Below are positions 36,801-38,591 of a stretch of DNA of 38,591 nucleotides, piece by piece. The position numbers were made by a program, and so were the translations under genes. The notes beneath the pieces were generated by a model. That model made no database searches, was not told where the DNA came from, and saw only the letters and a program-made list of their open reading frames with translations. Position 1 is the stretch's first letter; each line of letters begins with the position of its first letter. This stretch comes from a virus (lineage: Duplodnaviria > Caudoviricetes), in IMG/VR virus record IMGVR_UViG_3300032294_001028, positions 1-38,591 of that record; one strand, 5' to 3'.

Positions 36801-37971
36801 TTGCTGCAGGAGTTCCTCCTGATGTGGTCCAAAATACTAATTCAGTAGGGTTATTTGATGATGCAGTATTATTAGCATATATACCGGCGCCGCCAGTAAA
36901 TACTACTGTACCTCCGTTGTTTGAAACCGATAAGGAAGTTGAAGTTGCACCAAATGAAATACCAGATGCTTTAGGATAAGTTCCACCAGTTCCGTGTGTT
37001 GCGGCTATTGTACTACCACCTTGTGTCGTGAAGGCATCTAATTGTGCGTTAGGACTCGTAGTGCCAATGCCGACGTTGCCTGCGCCGGTGATGCGCATTT
37101 TCTCGGTATCAGATGTCCAAAACTGAAGTGTTGTACCAAAGTAATAATCGCTTGATGTGATTAGCTTATGGAATGTATTTGCGCCATCTTCGGATATGCC
37201 TAATTCAAAAGCATTATCTTGAGCCCAATTGCTCCTTAAATAACTATAATAACCATCTACTCCAGCTGGCTTTGTAGCTAAAGTTCCTTCTACTATTAGC
37301 TTTTGTTTTGGTGATGTAGTACCAATGCCTACGTTGCCACCAGACAAAATAGTCATAGCGGTTGTACTATTGTTTACAACAAAATGTAAAGGGTCTGCAG
37401 TTACTTGTCTAATATAAGCTCCAACTCCTGATAGGGCGGCAGCACTTTCATTATATCCTACTATTAAACCATATCCTCCATTTTTATTAATACCAATATA
37501 CCTTTCAGTAACGCCACCTGCTGTACTTATTTGAATTGGTAAATTACCGTCAGCTAAAGACCCACTACCGACAGATAGTATAGCTAATGGTGCAGTAGTG
37601 CCAATTCCGACGTTGCCAGCGGCCACAATACGCATCCGCTCTGCATCCTGCGTAACAAATATCACTGGGTAGGCTCCGTCGGAATATATGTATCGACCAT
37701 AAGCTGAGCCAAATCCAGTGCCGGCTGCGTTGTCTATTGAGAAATAGAAGTTACCAGAGCTGTTGTTTGCCTGAATGTAAGGGTATCCTGTGCTTGAATC
37801 CTGTAGAAGTATTCTTGGATTTCCTGCTTGTATATGAAGCTTGGCAACCGGACTTGTAGTCCCAACCCCGATATTACCCACAACAACAACATTGTTTGTA
37901 TCAACAGTTGTTCCGCTAGATGTACCAACGTATAGCGAACGGATTTGTGAAAAGTCTAAACGTGATGCCAT
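33898..37971 (-). CDS. Long modular tail fibre with C-terminal peptidase S74 intramolecular chaperone
   Basis: Ten GNVGIGT repeats; SDQRLKENV..IENALEKV...G.IAQDV..VLPEAV; terminal coiled coil. Confidence 0.9.
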   Translation of the reverse strand: MASRLDFSQIRSLYVGTSSGTTVDTNNVVVVGNIGVGTTSPVAKLHIQAGNPRILLQDSSTGYPYIQANNSSGNFYFSIDNAAGTGFGSAYGRYIYSDGAYPVIFVTQDAERMRIVAAGNVGIGTTAPLAILSVGSGSLADGNLPIQISTAGGVTERYIGINKNGGYGLIVGYNESAAALSGVGAYIRQVTADPLHFVVNNSTTAMTILSGGNVGIGTTSPKQKLIVEGTLATKPAGVDGYYSYLRSNWAQDNAFELGISEDGANTFHKLITSSDYYFGTTLQFWTSDTEKMRITGAGNVGIGTTSPNAQLDAFTTQGGSTIAATHGTGGTYPKASGISFGATSTSLSVSNNGGTVVFTGGAGIYANNTASSNNPTELVFWTTSGGTPAARLTIASTGAATFSSSVTASSLIKSGGTASQYLMADGSTSTTSNVAPRYVATVNVSQTAYTQICTIVGGSLASAVNMSFQGTSGNVVVNVTAQILVNHFQDITITTTSGFYSQLNIRVISNNNETYSVEAQVVSAQGQTTDLNIEVFPLNSESVTFGGSPVTPGTTLVHTTRQGLYISASEGISISSGNDIYAAGNVGIGTTAPARTLNVSSNGTAGTQVQINGTQDSAGIKFVPASGDSWEVQASTSNQWFVYNRTDESYRLLIDGSGNVGIGTTSPGSFSGTTFASPILDLVGSLNIRGLSSDTVSIINMGGATYRKASIFTPIGNDDPYLALAVSTGGTTSSGAERMRITSSGQVLINSTSMDGKLGINTATSVSYNPNAYNGTYANIRLTNGSAGVSRYTGIAFGGGGSTEAFIGSVQNANEWAEIVFQTYNGSAYGERARITSAGNVGIGTTAPVSALSVVGKTNLGNQASGFYVTPSTLHIASSTVSQISFEDYVVTAAIAIAGDTFAFGHQNASPSYEFKYSNTYNGNYATTGTTFARFNPTTSYISAGNVGIGTTNPTYKLTVSTSGALGFSLVTGTATVGNPQIDIYDAGRAQETVISSTDGTTVGTYIASYTNHPLLFGTNAGSSPIAKMVVTSAGNVGIGTSAPDTPLSSARGIVINSGASNDVQIRMQNNTTGSAGSDGGLLSISGSQMYLWNYEASNLIFGTNNSERMRIDSSGNVGIGTTAPTEKVDIRGVVRVSRDGVNDSGILAFGNYANGIGYYDNGIFRSALNNISSSGNTLHMGSYEALAFTTSQNALGSQTIRMYIPASTGNVGIGTTSPSSLLHVAGDARITSGSLGVGVAPNATDGRIDASNDIVAYSTSDQRLKENVTPIENALEKVKTLTGVEFDWKEETAHVHGYHGHDVGIIAQDVQAVLPEAVRTNDSGYLSVRYEKMIALLIEANKELAARVEELEKKLK
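34328..37617 (-). repeat. Ten dispersed 17-bp repeats GGCAACGTCGGNATYGG
   Basis: Copies start (+ coordinates) at 34328, 34610, 34853, 35123, 35441, 35984, 36206, 37064, 37322 and 37601. Confidence 0.9.
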
Positions 37972-37972
37972 A

Positions 37973-38591
37973 TTAGAAAATCTTTACGAACTTGAAGTTA
38001 ATGGTTGTGTTGCTTGTGTTGGAGTAATTTGCCTTAACCTGTAGCTTTCCGATACCTCCACTCACTGCTGTCATTTCTGTGGTGCGAAGATACAAGACGC
38101 TTGCGTTGGCGGCGTGTCCCATCCGGTGTAGGTATATCTCAGCCGCTGCCGACTCACCACCCTGGTTTACAGTTTCTTGATACCACTGCATAGTTCCAGT
38201 GTATGTGTATGTGTAGTGTTGCCCTCCCTGAGCCCAGTCGCTGATGTACATCTGCACCATCCACGTTCCTGTGGTGAGCACGTTGTTTGCAGCACTGAAT
38301 ATGTCTACCCAGGTGTCGTTCACTACCTGTCCAGTCCAGTTGTACGCTACACGAGCAGCGGGAAGCAAGTCGTAGAGCGATGTGGCTACCGAGGTGTATG
38401 GCGTCACCCAGTCCGTTCCAGAAGCGGTTGATGTCAGCACTTGACCTCCTGTACCAGCCTCGTTGTTAGAGTCGTAGTAGGCTCCGGTTACTCGGAGGTT
38501 TCCAGCAACGTGGAGGCGTTGACTTGGAGTGATTGTTCCAACACCTAGGTTTGTACTGCCCACCGGAAGTATAGATAGGTTCTTCCATTGG
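37973..38591 (-). CDS. Tail fibre protein, C-terminal part (5' end outside the window)
   Basis: Frame is open to the window edge; LGVGT.TP...LHV.G and DS....GT.GQVL.ST..G..W motifs. Confidence 0.8.
   Translation of the reverse strand, partial: QWKNLSILPVGSTNLGVGTITPSQRLHVAGNLRVTGAYYDSNNEAGTGGQVLTSTASGTDWVTPYTSVATSLYDLLPAARVAYNWTGQVVNDTWVDIFSAANNVLTTGTWMVQMYISDWAQGGQHYTYTYTGTMQWYQETVNQGGESAAAEIYLHRMGHAANASVLYLRTTEMTAVSGGIGKLQVKANYSNTSNTTINFKFVKIF

Noticed and set aside
37965-37985. Programmed frameshift fusing the two fibre genes
   Set aside because: No canonical slippery heptamer; the downstream gene has its own ATG 1 nt after the stop.
33464-38591. Diversity-generating retroelement or invertase shufflon acting on the fibres
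   Set aside because: No reverse transcriptase or recombinase, no adenine-mismatched repeat pair seen, and the repeats are all direct.
1-38591. tRNA, rRNA, integrase, introns or inteins
   Set aside because: None recognised by eye. Intergenic gaps are short and the RNR, helicase and capsid genes appear uninterrupted. tRNAscan and Infernal were not run.

Overview
The window is a 38.6 kb piece of a lytic dsDNA tailed phage genome, probably a podovirus with crAss-like/Crassvirales-like virion genes. The host is probably Bacteroidota, inferred from repeated TAnnTTTG promoter boxes, A-rich translation starts without a Shine-Dalgarno, and a Flavobacterium-like ribonucleotide reductase (RNR). Two arms converge on a terminator at ~10.09 kb. 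The + arm (1-10004) holds small accessory ORFs, MazG, DUF3310, a primase-helicase, RusA, HNH, two glycosyltransferases, a PD-(D/E)xK-like protein, and nrdB / DnaA-domain-IV protein / nrdA. The - arm (38591 to 10106) holds tail fibres, an adhesin, small membrane and basic proteins, scaffold, major capsid, GIY-YIG endonuclease, two ring proteins, a nozzle/stabilisation protein, three cargo proteins and a u-spanin-like lipoprotein. I found no portal, terminase, endolysin, tRNA or CRISPR. The four best leads: (1) a 54-aa basic gene overprinted in another frame inside the 2234-aa ADP-ribosyltransferase (ART)/metallopeptidase cargo gene; (2) a 17-bp motif conserved at synonymous positions at ten module junctions of the long tail fibre, suggesting recombinational module shuffling; (3) a promoter-plus-terminator ~66-nt sRNA whose UUGG repeats are complementary to the start regions of the primase-helicase and nrdB; (4) several apparently leaderless transcripts. 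All family calls come from motif recognition, not database searches.
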